A program made the position numbers and the translations under genes. Of a stretch of DNA of 28,876 nucleotides, positions 17,476-25,736 are shown piece by piece; within the stretch, counting starts at the first letter, position 1, and every line of letters starts with the position of its first letter. The notes beneath the pieces were generated by a model. It was not told where the DNA came from. It saw only the letters and a list, made by a program, of their open reading frames with translations, and did not search any database. This stretch comes from a virus. Taxonomy: Duplodnaviria; Caudoviricetes. Where the stretch lies: positions 1 through 28,876 of IMG/VR virus record IMGVR_UViG_3300020382_000266. One strand, written 5' to 3'.

Positions 17476-17887
17476 TACTGTCGATGCAGGAATGTCTTAT
17501 CGTTTTAAGAATCCTTCATTCACTGGCATTGGCTATAGTTCACATGTGTTAAGTATTGAGCAACTACAATTTAATAGAGAAGAAGACAAAGCAGGTGCTA
17601 TAGCGTCAGAACAGAAACGACTTGAAAGAGCACTAGCAAGTACTACATTAAATAAATTCATTAAGAACCTTGAATCTCGTATATATGCCACATTATCTAA
17701 ACAGATGGTGGATTCTATGTTTGCCGAATGCGTAGAAGATTGTGCAGGAAGCGGCTCAGCAGAGATAGAAGGCAGTCTTATAGCATGGAAGAAGGATCCT
17801 ATTACAGGTGAGATAACTCTTAATATATCTAATGATGATAGTACCACTACAATAACTATACCAGGTGCAGGTGAATTTACATTCTAA
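17423..17887 (+). CDS. csgF: Curli assembly protein CsgF-like
   Basis: Signal peptide followed by YRFKNPSFTG (CsgF NPxFGG-type CsgG-binding peptide); C-terminal TTTITIP strand; adjacent to csgG. Confidence 0.8.
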   Translation: MKSYLVPIALIILLTYINTVDAGMSYRFKNPSFTGIGYSSHVLSIEQLQFNREEDKAGAIASEQKRLERALASTTLNKFIKNLESRIYATLSKQMVDSMFAECVEDCAGSGSAEIEGSLIAWKKDPITGEITLNISNDDSTTTITIPGAGEFTF

Positions 17888-17908
17888 CCCTTAGCAGACA
17901 ACAGTCTT

Positions 17909-17937
17909 ATTATATCATAGTTTGAGGCATTTGTACA
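17909..17937 (-). promoter_or_regulatory. Early-type promoter in antisense orientation between csgF and csgG
   Basis: TGTACA (17937-17932)-N17-TATAAT (17914-17909) with extended -10, same as the other 10 copies but opposing the local genes. Confidence 0.75.
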
Positions 17938-17942
17938 TACTT

Positions 17943-18746
17943 ATGAAAATTATTATAACATCTATTTTATGTTTATTATTAGGGGCCTGTTCAACATTCG
18001 GCAACTGGCTGAACGATCCTATTCCTCCGATTGCTCAGTCATCGCCTCTTGGTGGTGAGTTGGAAAACATGGAAGAACTAGACGGCAAAAAGATGACAAT
18101 TGCTGTTTATAGTTTTACCGATAAGACTGGCCAGAGAAAGTCATCCGAGATTGGCTCGAGCTTATCTTCTGCAGTCACACAAGGATCCGAAGTATGGGTT
18201 ATTAAAGCTCTACAGGAAGTAGGCAATGGTACATGGTTCGAAGTTGTAGAAAGAATCGGATTAGATAATCTGGTTAAGGAACGCCAGCTAGTACGTAATA
18301 CACGAGAAGTATATGAGAAAAACCTAAAGAATGGACCGACACCATTAAAGCCAATGACATTCGCTGGGCTTATATTAGAAGGTGGTATTATTGGATATGA
18401 TTCCGATACACTTGTAGGTGGAACTGGTGCACGTTATTTAGGCATTGGAGCCACAAAGGAATATAGAACTGATACAGTCACGATCGTAATGAGACTTGTG
18501 AGTGTGTCAACTGGTAAGGTATTGTTAAGTGTTGCTACAGAGAAGACAATATCATCCCATCGCTCGAGCACTGACGTCTTTAAGTTCCTCGATATGGGAA
18601 CTAAAGTAATCGAAGCCGAAATGGGTTATAGTAGGAACGAACCAGTAAATTATGCGGTGAGGGCTGCAGTAGAAGCAGGTGTCATAGAGATAATTCGAGA
18701 GGGAGAACGGAAACAGTTGTGGAAGTTCGTCACCAATAAAATTTAA
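17943..18746 (+). CDS. csgG: Curli secretion pore lipoprotein CsgG
   Basis: Lipobox LLGAC; IAVYSFTDKTGQRK, SSAVTQG, WFEVVERIGLDNLVKERQL, ILEGGIIGYD, GARYLGIG and NEPV motifs. Start at ATG 17943. Confidence 0.95.
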   Translation: MKIIITSILCLLLGACSTFGNWLNDPIPPIAQSSPLGGELENMEELDGKKMTIAVYSFTDKTGQRKSSEIGSSLSSAVTQGSEVWVIKALQEVGNGTWFEVVERIGLDNLVKERQLVRNTREVYEKNLKNGPTPLKPMTFAGLILEGGIIGYDSDTLVGGTGARYLGIGATKEYRTDTVTIVMRLVSVSTGKVLLSVATEKTISSHRSSTDVFKFLDMGTKVIEAEMGYSRNEPVNYAVRAAVEAGVIEIIREGERKQLWKFVTNKI

Positions 18747-18760
18747 CTTAGGAGAATAAT

Positions 18761-18925
18761 ATGGGTATTTGGAATAAAGGTAAAGACGCTGGTAACAAGG
18801 CATGGGGTACTACAACATCCGCCTTAAGCACTCAATGGGTTGTCGTCAAGGACTTCCATGTAAACGGTTATAATAAAGGTGTGAGCGGTGCTAAATGGGT
18901 CGGTAAAAAAGTCAAGTTTTGGTAA
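18761..18925 (+). CDS. Unannotated 54-aa cationic Trp-rich peptide
   Basis: AGGAGA RBS; MGIWNKGKDAGNKAWGTTTSALSTQWVVVKDFHVNGYNKGVSGAKWVGKKVKFW; fills the csgG-to-curlin gap exactly; absent from the ORF track. Confidence 0.75.
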   Translation: MGIWNKGKDAGNKAWGTTTSALSTQWVVVKDFHVNGYNKGVSGAKWVGKKVKFW

Positions 18926-18937
18926 CAAAGAGGTAGA

Positions 18938-19654
18938 ATGAAATGTATGAAGAAATATTATTTTGGTGTAGTACTATCCTTAATAACTAGTATCGTCTTA
19001 GCAAACGATATTTACATAGCACAAGTGGGCGATACTTTAGATCTTGATATAGTGCAGGATGGTCAAAACAATACAATCGGTACGTCATCACAGGACGTAG
19101 TCCTTGGGTCACAGGGTAATGCCTCAGACTCAATGACGTTTAATATTACTCAAACCGGTAATACTAACTCAATTACCGCACAAATTTTAGGTGCCACATA
19201 CACCGGAACGTGGGCGTTTACCGGTAATAATAACGCTGTTGCATTATTATGTTCGTCAAGTTCTGCAGCAAACTGCGGTACAGTAACACTCAATATAACT
19301 GCGGTTGGCAATGCTCAAGCGTATACTATTAACATAGGACAGAGTGCAAGTGCGGCAGGTGCGATAGTAAACTTTACAGTCACTGATTCCAATAACGTGA
19401 TAGCTACTGATATAGAAGGTACGAGTGCGGTTGTAACTGTCACCATTGCCGGATCTTCAAGTAGTGCAAGCGCTAACTCATCGCTTGATATTGACGTGGC
19501 AGGTAATGGTGATATTATAGGACATACTATGACGTTCGCTGCAACCGGTAGGGGACACGTAGTAGTACTTAATCAGTCTGGCATAAATGACAATCTGATA
19601 GACCTAACTACAAACGGCGATGGACATGCGATTAATATTATTCAGCGTGATTAG
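18938..19654 (+). CDS. Secreted curlin-like (CsgA/CsgB-type) beta-solenoid protein
   Basis: Signal peptide; repeated hydrophobic-x-Q-x-G-x-x-N units (IAQVGD, IVQDGQNN, ITQTGNTN, LNQSGIND). Confidence 0.75.
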   Translation: MKCMKKYYFGVVLSLITSIVLANDIYIAQVGDTLDLDIVQDGQNNTIGTSSQDVVLGSQGNASDSMTFNITQTGNTNSITAQILGATYTGTWAFTGNNNAVALLCSSSSAANCGTVTLNITAVGNAQAYTINIGQSASAAGAIVNFTVTDSNNVIATDIEGTSAVVTVTIAGSSSSASANSSLDIDVAGNGDIIGHTMTFAATGRGHVVVLNQSGINDNLIDLTTNGDGHAINIIQRD

Positions 19655-20756
19655 TGTATTATTATCTATTAATGCGTATGGTGATTCAATAGGCCAGATT
19701 TCAATGATCTCTGGTTCAGGTGCTATTGAACGAGGCGAGGATGCTGAAACTGCAGAGGAAGGAGGATCAATAGAGATGCTCGACACTGCGGTGACTGCTA
19801 ATGCTAATATGCGGATTGAGTTCATAGATGAAACCCGCGTTGACATAACAGAGCACTCTCGTCTAATAATAGATGACTTTGTATATGATGCTGAAACAGG
19901 GAAAGGTTCATTAGGATTGAAAGCTAGCCTTGGAACTATACGTTATGCATCAGGACAGATAGCAAAGAACTCACGGCAAAACGTTAAGATACGAACACCT
20001 TCTGCAACTATTGGTGTTCGTGGCACTGACTTTATTATGGTTGTGGACGAGATAGGCGGATCGATGATTACGTTACTGCCATCTTGCGATACTTCCGGAA
20101 TGTGTTTTGTTGGTGAGATCTCAGTAGAAACGGATGCAGGTTATGTGCTACTCAATAAGGCATTTCAGGCTACGATAACAACTACAAGCGTTGCGGCACC
20201 GACGAGACCTTTAATACTTGATCTTGACGAAGACATGATTAACAGTCTTCTTATACTTAGAAAGGTTAATCCATACTACGAAGAAGCAGAACAAATTGCG
20301 GAACTGAATAAAACTGCAGATTTTCTAAATGTAGACTTCTTGAAATACGATGGACTTGATGAGGACGAGCTAGAAACAACGGAAAGCCTTTGGGTATCTT
20401 CATTAGACAATACACAATTTCTCCTTGGTGATTTGTTGCGTAACCTATTAGATCAACTAAACTTTCAATTAAGTAGGCTAATAAACGACGTATTATTATC
20501 GCAAAATAAAAGATACCTGGGGCAGGATAAGACTGTATACGGTCATGACGAAGTGACAGGAATAACCCTTGAGAACGAAGAACCCAATTGGGTATTTAAG
20601 AGACGCGACATAGATAACGAAGAAGGTTATGTCGAGTTAAGATTAAACCAGGACTATGGATATTCTATAGACTTACAGCAAGGTGGAAGTGAACTATATG
20701 ACTATACATTGGGTAATGACAATAGTAATTATATTAGTATTATTCAAGCCAACTAA
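19620..20756 (+). CDS. Secreted FecR-domain protein
   Basis: Signal peptide; D...T.......F.D.T.V.I.E.S.L.ID.F.YD and IRTPSATIGVRGTDF FecR motifs; acidic linker; curlin-like C-terminal strands (IDLQQGG, ISIIQAN). Confidence 0.85.
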   Translation: MDMRLILFSVISVLLSINAYGDSIGQISMISGSGAIERGEDAETAEEGGSIEMLDTAVTANANMRIEFIDETRVDITEHSRLIIDDFVYDAETGKGSLGLKASLGTIRYASGQIAKNSRQNVKIRTPSATIGVRGTDFIMVVDEIGGSMITLLPSCDTSGMCFVGEISVETDAGYVLLNKAFQATITTTSVAAPTRPLILDLDEDMINSLLILRKVNPYYEEAEQIAELNKTADFLNVDFLKYDGLDEDELETTESLWVSSLDNTQFLLGDLLRNLLDQLNFQLSRLINDVLLSQNKRYLGQDKTVYGHDEVTGITLENEEPNWVFKRRDIDNEEGYVELRLNQDYGYSIDLQQGGSELYDYTLGNDNSNYISIIQAN

Positions 20757-21372
20757 TTCTGAGGCAAACTACTTACATATAATTCAGTCTGGCCATAACT
20801 TTGTGTTAAATTCTACTCAGGATGGAGAAAATAATAGCATCGCGGATTTACATCTGAGACAAGGTGTCCGTGGCACTTTGGCTGGTAGCGGTAAAACAGT
20901 AAATTTTACTCAGACAGGCGATAACAATAGAATAGGTACATGGACATCTGGTAACGACCAAGTATTAACAGCATCACAAGTCGGTAATAGTAACACTAGT
21001 AAAATAGATAATCACGGAAATGATAACGATATTATAGTATCCATTATAGGCAATAATAATTACACTCGTACCGAAATAGGTAATGGCGGTGATAATGGCA
21101 ATACTATTAATCTGGAAATAGTCGGTAATAGCAATATAGTTAATATAGAAGCAAACACTGACAATAGCACTGTTGAGATGGTTTTAGACAATAATCACAA
21201 TGCCCGAATAACTCAAGTGAATGGAAGTCATTCTGCAAATGTAGAGTTAACAAATGATGGTGGAGCTTATACATTTAGACTAAACCAAAATTCACAGACC
21301 AACCAGTCTTACACTATGGATGGTGTATGCACTAACCATCACGGTTGTTCTCTTATAGTAGAGCAGAATTAA
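20683..21372 (+). CDS. Second curlin-repeat protein (Asn/Gly-rich)
   Basis: TQDGENN, TQTGDNN, SQVGNSN, IIGNNN and IVGNSN repeats; C-terminal C-x4-C; true start probably 20698 or 20716. Confidence 0.78.
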   Translation: MEVNYMTIHWVMTIVIILVLFKPTNSEANYLHIIQSGHNFVLNSTQDGENNSIADLHLRQGVRGTLAGSGKTVNFTQTGDNNRIGTWTSGNDQVLTASQVGNSNTSKIDNHGNDNDIIVSIIGNNNYTRTEIGNGGDNGNTINLEIVGNSNIVNIEANTDNSTVEMVLDNNHNARITQVNGSHSANVELTNDGGAYTFRLNQNSQTNQSYTMDGVCTNHHGCSLIVEQN

Positions 21373-21380
21373 GGAATAAC

Positions 21381-23432
21381 ATGAAACTTATTACTCATTG
21401 GACATTAGCATTTATTACGGCATCTATGGTATTGTTCTTTCATTATAGCGATGGTACTGTTGTTCAGACCGCTCGCCTAAAGAGCTTTGACTTATTACAA
21501 GAATACGATAAGCCAGTTCAAAGCAACGACATTGCAATACTGACTATTGACGAGAAGGCTTTAGAGAAGCATGGGCAATGGCCATGGAAGCGTGATGTGC
21601 TTGCAAATGTGATATGGGAACTTCGTCAGGCTGGAGCCGGTGTTATCGTATTACCGATCTTATTCTCTGAGTACGATAGGCTAGAAGGTGACAAGGATTT
21701 GCTCGATGCAATGACAAATAATGCGGTTGTGATCGGTCAAGTAGGCTCTTTTGAGTCAAATAAGTACGGAGTTCCGCGTGGAGTAGCTAAAATCGGCGAT
21801 CCTTTGCCATTTTTGTTCGCCTGGGATGGCATATTAGGACCAATTAAAGAGTTTGGAGATAATGCTGGTGGTGTTGGCGTTTTGAATGCCGTACCTGAGA
21901 TTGATGGCGTGTTGAGGCGTATACCCTTGCTCGCTCGCGTAGGCGAAGACATATACCCTGCTCTGGCTGTTGAGATAATACGTGTTGCCGTAGGTGATCC
22001 ATCATACCAAGTGAAGAGTTCTGCCGGTGGTATCGATAAGATGCGAGTACCTGGTTATCCTACAATACAAACAGATTTTAATGGACGTATATGGTTAAGA
22101 TGGAATAAGGTCTTTGATACTATAAGTATTGCAGATACCGATCGGTTCAGTGAGATGAAGGATAAGATCGTTATCATCGGAACAACCGCTGCCGGTATAT
22201 CTGGTGTTATTGCATCACCTAAAGGCGGACAGTATAACTATATGCCTGCTGCGGTGTCATTACAGAACATACTTGATGGTGATACAATATCTCGTCCATG
22301 GTGGAGTACAATAGTTGAGTTAACCACGACTGCAGTCCTTGGATTAATATTAGTATTGCTAGGTAGGTTTGCTCCATACTGGTTAGTAGGTATTTGTATT
22401 GTCGCATTCACTAGTGGACTTGGTTTTGCCACATGGTATGCATGGACTGAGTATCTATATTTGATCGACGTCACTATGTCTATTGTCGCAGTTATCGTTG
22501 TTGGTCTGCATGCAGTATTTGCTAGGTTCGTTATAGAGTTTAAAGAGAAACAAGAAATTAAGAAGCAGTTTTCTGGCTATGCATCGCCTACAGTTGTTAA
22601 GATGTTACAAAAGAATCCAGCTTTAATCAAAGAAGGTGTGAAGAAAGAAGTATCGATATGCTTCACTGATATGCGAGGCTTTACTCCTATCGGCGAATCA
22701 TTTGGTGATGACGTAAAAGGTTTGACTGATATTATGAATGGATATATGGATGCTATAACACAACCGATATTAGATGCCAACGGAATGGTTATTAAGTACA
22801 TCGGCGATGCATCTATGCACATTCATAATGCTCCAATACCTGACGAGAATCATCCAAAGACCGTAGTGCAAACTGCACTCAATATGTTAAAAGCTGTAGA
22901 GGTGTTTAATGAGAAAATTACATTCGAAGGCAGACCTCCTGTCGGCCTCGGTGCTGGTGTTAATACTGGTCTTGGCTATATTGGTGAAATGGGATCAACG
23001 GCGAGACATTCGTACGACATCCTCGGTGATGCAGTATCAACAGCAGCTCGCCTTGAATCTGCATGCAAGTCATACGGTGTACTATTAATTATTGGTGCAG
23101 AAACTTACGAAAGAACGCGTGACGATTTCTTTTATCTCAAGTTAGATAACCTGGCAGTAAAGGGAAAGTCAGTGGCATTGGAGATATATACAGTATTACA
23201 GCAATGTTGTCATCCGTCGTACGTTAAGTCTAAAGCATTACATGAAGAAATGCATGCGGCATATACTGATAAAGATTTTGAGCTTACAATACACTTATGC
23301 AAGTTATTAAAGGTAAGCTTCTACGGACAGATGGAAGATTATTATGATATATGGATTAAAAGGTGCAAATATATGTTAACTCAGGACCTACCCGAAGATT
23401 GGGATGGGATATTTCGTGCAACAACTAAATAG
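21381..23432 (+). CDS. CHASE2-domain class III adenylate cyclase
   Basis: N-terminal TM, IDEKAL...GQWPWKR and D.DGVLRR CHASE2 motifs, three further TM helices, FTDMRGFT, KYIGDA, YDILGDAVSTAARLES, VKGK and a C-terminal PEDWDG tail. Confidence 0.95.
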   Translation: MKLITHWTLAFITASMVLFFHYSDGTVVQTARLKSFDLLQEYDKPVQSNDIAILTIDEKALEKHGQWPWKRDVLANVIWELRQAGAGVIVLPILFSEYDRLEGDKDLLDAMTNNAVVIGQVGSFESNKYGVPRGVAKIGDPLPFLFAWDGILGPIKEFGDNAGGVGVLNAVPEIDGVLRRIPLLARVGEDIYPALAVEIIRVAVGDPSYQVKSSAGGIDKMRVPGYPTIQTDFNGRIWLRWNKVFDTISIADTDRFSEMKDKIVIIGTTAAGISGVIASPKGGQYNYMPAAVSLQNILDGDTISRPWWSTIVELTTTAVLGLILVLLGRFAPYWLVGICIVAFTSGLGFATWYAWTEYLYLIDVTMSIVAVIVVGLHAVFARFVIEFKEKQEIKKQFSGYASPTVVKMLQKNPALIKEGVKKEVSICFTDMRGFTPIGESFGDDVKGLTDIMNGYMDAITQPILDANGMVIKYIGDASMHIHNAPIPDENHPKTVVQTALNMLKAVEVFNEKITFEGRPPVGLGAGVNTGLGYIGEMGSTARHSYDILGDAVSTAARLESACKSYGVLLIIGAETYERTRDDFFYLKLDNLAVKGKSVALEIYTVLQQCCHPSYVKSKALHEEMHAAYTDKDFELTIHLCKLLKVSFYGQMEDYYDIWIKRCKYMLTQDLPEDWDGIFRATTK

Positions 23433-23441
23433 GATAATACG

Positions 23442-23777
23442 ATGACAAAGAAATTACAACCAGATAGCAAGTTAAACGTGGCCGACCTTAATAGCGATGA
23501 CGTCGTAACAGATGCTGAACTTGATACGCAAGAGCGAATGATTAGGCTTGAGAATGAAGATAAGAAGGAAGATGCTCAACGTGAAATGGCATGGTTTGCT
23601 TTATGGGGAATGTTGTTATATCCATTTGCTGTTGTCATAGCTACACTATTTGGGTTAGACAAAGGCGCTGATATATTGGGCGATATGGCTGGAGTATATT
23701 TTATTGCTGTTGCTGGTATTGTTGCTGCGTTCTTTGGTGCTGCAGCTATGAAAGCCTCAAAGGCATCGAAGAAATAA
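23442..23777 (+). CDS. Two-TM membrane protein with N-terminal EF-hand-like loop
   Basis: DLNSDDVVTDAE loop, then two hydrophobic helices and a basic tail; AGGA RBS. Confidence 0.75.
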   Translation: MTKKLQPDSKLNVADLNSDDVVTDAELDTQERMIRLENEDKKEDAQREMAWFALWGMLLYPFAVVIATLFGLDKGADILGDMAGVYFIAVAGIVAAFFGAAAMKASKASKK

Positions 23778-23839
23778 TGCCTAGAAAGAAAAAGAAGAAT
23801 GACAGAAAGTCAAAAAAGAGAAGGCGTAAAGAAAAATAA
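23777..23839 (+). CDS. Putative 20-aa highly basic peptide
   Basis: MPRKKKKNDRKSKKRRRKEK; TAATG-coupled to the upstream gene and ending at a hairpin. Confidence 0.5.
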   Translation: MPRKKKKNDRKSKKRRRKEK

Positions 23840-23858
23840 AGGCACAGTTAAGTGCCTT
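23839..23858. terminator. Hairpin at convergent junction, likely bidirectional terminator
   Basis: AAGGCAC-AGTTAA-GTGCCTT stem-loop; followed by TATTTTTCTTT on the minus strand and CTTT on the plus strand. Confidence 0.6.
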
Positions 23859-24096
23859 CTTTATCGCTGTCATAGAATACCTTATCTGGCATCTCGTAAT
23901 CGTCATCTGCTAAGTTGCGGCGGATGACGCCTTCTTCTTCCATAATTGTGAGTACTCCTGATACTCCTTGCTTTATGCCTGCATTAAAGCTTTCTTTATT
24001 AATATCCGCCTCTAGATTGGTGGTCATACCAAGCCAGAAGAACCAAATGGCAGTGACTGCTATCAGCGCCATACTGAACCACATAATGTCGGTCAT
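23848..24096 (-). CDS. Hypothetical single-TM protein
   Basis: 82 aa with an N-terminal hydrophobic helix; TAATG coupling. Confidence 0.65.
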   Translation of the reverse strand: MTDIMWFSMALIAVTAIWFFWLGMTTNLEADINKESFNAGIKQGVSGVLTIMEEEGVIRRNLADDDYEMPDKVFYDSDKEGT

Positions 24097-24248
24097 TATA
24101 ATAACTGAATTTGCTTAGCTAACAATTTAATATCCTCTATGATATGCTTAATTTCATCATCTTCCAATGTGAGTTTATTTAATTTAATGTGGGTCATCCT
24201 ACGATTCATTAAATCTACGGTACTTTCTAAGATATTTAAGTCTGTCAT
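24096..24248 (-). CDS. Hypothetical 50-aa protein
   Basis: MTDLNILESTVDLMNRR...KQIQLL; GGAG RBS; not in the ORF track; tiles the gap. Confidence 0.55.
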   Translation of the reverse strand: MTDLNILESTVDLMNRRMTHIKLNKLTLEDDEIKHIIEDIKLLAKQIQLL

Positions 24249-24251
24249 TGC

Positions 24252-24365
24252 TTAAGTGTTATCTCCATCGGTGTACTTCATTTTGGCCTTATCAAAAACG
24301 TCTTTCTTAACTTTCTTTAAAATCCAATTCTTGACACTTTTAATAAAGGCTTTTAATTTAGTCAT
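24252..24365 (-). CDS. Hypothetical 37-aa Lys-rich peptide
   Basis: MTKLKAFIKSVKNWILKKVKKDVFDKAKMKYTDGDNT; GAGGG RBS; tiles the gap. Confidence 0.5.
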   Translation of the reverse strand: MTKLKAFIKSVKNWILKKVKKDVFDKAKMKYTDGDNT

Positions 24366-24367
24366 AA

Positions 24368-24604
24368 TCATCCCTCAACTTTAGAGATTAAACCATTAAC
24401 CATGGTGATATTAGCACCAAACTCTCGGCCCTTAGGTAGAGTAATTCCATCATACTCTTTTAGAGCTGGCCGATGCATTGCAAGAAATGTTCCATTCGCC
24501 ATAAACTCATCTCCGAACATTGAAGTCTCAACGTACTGAAGTGGCTGGCCAATACAAGCAGCAAGTTCTTTTCTAGATTTATATCCTGTTAATAACATAG
24601 TCAT
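24368..24604 (-). CDS. Conserved hypothetical phage protein
   Basis: YKSRKEL...IGQPL.YVETSMFG.E...G pattern; ATG 24604 after GAGGA. Confidence 0.7.
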   Translation of the reverse strand: MTMLLTGYKSRKELAACIGQPLQYVETSMFGDEFMANGTFLAMHRPALKEYDGITLPKGREFGANITMVNGLISKVEG

Positions 24605-24614
24605 AATATATTCC

Positions 24615-24887
24615 TCAATCAAATCGGTTTGACATTTTAGCACCATTGCAAGCTGAAAGCGTCATGCCATCAAAATTGCCTTTTGTTAGGTACCAATCTA
24701 GGTCTACAAGACCTTCTTTCGTAATAACCTCTTTAGCTATTACGAGGTGGTGACGATGCTCGGTTAGACCAGAGTCACGTCGGCGAGTCTTAGGATGCGT
24801 TAGCAATTGCTCTATATAGTTCTCGATACATCCAAGATACTTTTCAATTACTTCAACATCAAGCTGAATTGTTTTATTTTTACTCAC
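24615..24887 (-). CDS. Hypothetical protein
   Basis: 90 aa, GTG start overlapping the upstream stop. Confidence 0.55.
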   Translation of the reverse strand: MSKNKTIQLDVEVIEKYLGCIENYIEQLLTHPKTRRRDSGLTEHRHHLVIAKEVITKEGLVDLDWYLTKGNFDGMTLSACNGAKMSNRFD

Positions 24888-25093
24888 CCTGCTGTACTCC
24901 AGAATAAGTCAGAGCGAGCCTCCCAGGCATCAAAAAACACTTTGCGTGGAAGTTCAGTAATTTGTGTGCCGTGAAAACACTCGATTGTGTGCCTTGTATC
25001 AGCAGCAACGTCATCCCAACTGCGGGTCTCATCCCACTTCCAAAGCGCTGCAGGCATTAGTTCTGCAATTTCAGTAGCATTTAAAGTTCGCAC
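24884..25093 (-). CDS. Hypothetical protein
   Basis: 69 aa in a tightly tiled early operon. Confidence 0.55.
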   Translation of the reverse strand: MRTLNATEIAELMPAALWKWDETRSWDDVAADTRHTIECFHGTQITELPRKVFFDAWEARSDLFWSTAG

Positions 25094-25335
25094 TTGATTC
25101 TCCTAGCGTTAATTCTTTCATAAGCATCGACATAAGCTTGAATAAAATCAATGTCTTTTTCGAAAGTTACCACAGCTCTTGAGCAAGCTGCAGTAGCAGC
25201 ATCGGCAGCATCTTTTTCAATAGACGCAACTAAACCTAAATGCGCTGCCCTACTGGCATTCGCCTTAAGCTCGTCCTTTGACACAGAAGCTGGATCATCA
25301 ATCCACTTCTTAACTAAATCAATTTGAGTATTCAT
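25081..25335 (-). CDS. Hypothetical Ala-rich protein
   Basis: 84 aa; LVKKWIDDPASVSKDELKANA N-terminus; ATGA coupling. Confidence 0.65.
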   Translation of the reverse strand: MNTQIDLVKKWIDDPASVSKDELKANASRAAHLGLVASIEKDAADAATAACSRAVVTFEKDIDFIQAYVDAYERINARRIKCEL

Positions 25336-25514
25336 ATTGTCACCTTTTCAAATTTACGACGACTCTTACAAAATTGCATAGAGCGTTTAAAAAACACGAA
25401 CTCACCAGTAAGACTATTAATGTAGGCAAAGCAATGTTCCGCAGTGCGATTAACAAAGTAGGTATGGTTAGGAGTGTTATCTTCCCAAACAGTAATTTCT
25501 CTTAAACCGTCCAT
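25332..25514 (-). CDS. Hypothetical phage protein
   Basis: EIT.W....PNHTY...F.KSRRKF pattern; AGGA RBS. Confidence 0.7.
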   Translation of the reverse strand: MDGLREITVWEDNTPNHTYFVNRTAEHCFAYINSLTGEFVFFKRSMQFCKSRRKFEKVTI

Positions 25515-25516
25515 AA

Positions 25517-25651
25517 TTAAATTCCTTTCCGCAATGATGAAAGCTTTTGTGAGGCTGAAGTCATAATAAGATAAGGCATCCAGAATAGACTATAAGTCAG
25601 AATACCTGAAACTACAACATAAACTGCTAACTCGCTAAATTCAATATACAT
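25517..25651 (-). CDS. Small 44-aa single-TM protein
   Basis: MYIEFSELAVYVVVSGILTYSLFWMPYLIM...; first ORF after a promoter; not in the ORF track. Confidence 0.55.
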   Translation of the reverse strand: MYIEFSELAVYVVVSGILTYSLFWMPYLIMTSASQKLSSLRKGI

Positions 25652-25686
25652 AATAAATACTCTGTGTTTCTCAATTCAATATAAGT

Positions 25687-25715
25687 ATTATATCATAAGG
25701 GGGATCTTATGTACA
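25687..25715 (-). promoter_or_regulatory. Early-type promoter with upstream palindrome (about 25732-25755)
   Basis: TGTACA (25715-25710)-N17-TATAAT (25692-25687); TTTTGTTATATGTTTATAACAAAA upstream. Confidence 0.88.
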
Positions 25716-25736
25716 ACACTTCTTTAGATCATTTTG

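Noticed and set aside
17533-17847. Minus-strand 104-aa ORF as the target of the antisense promoter
   Set aside because: Entirely antisense to csgF, with a non-ATG start, no clear RBS and composition typical of an antisense frame.
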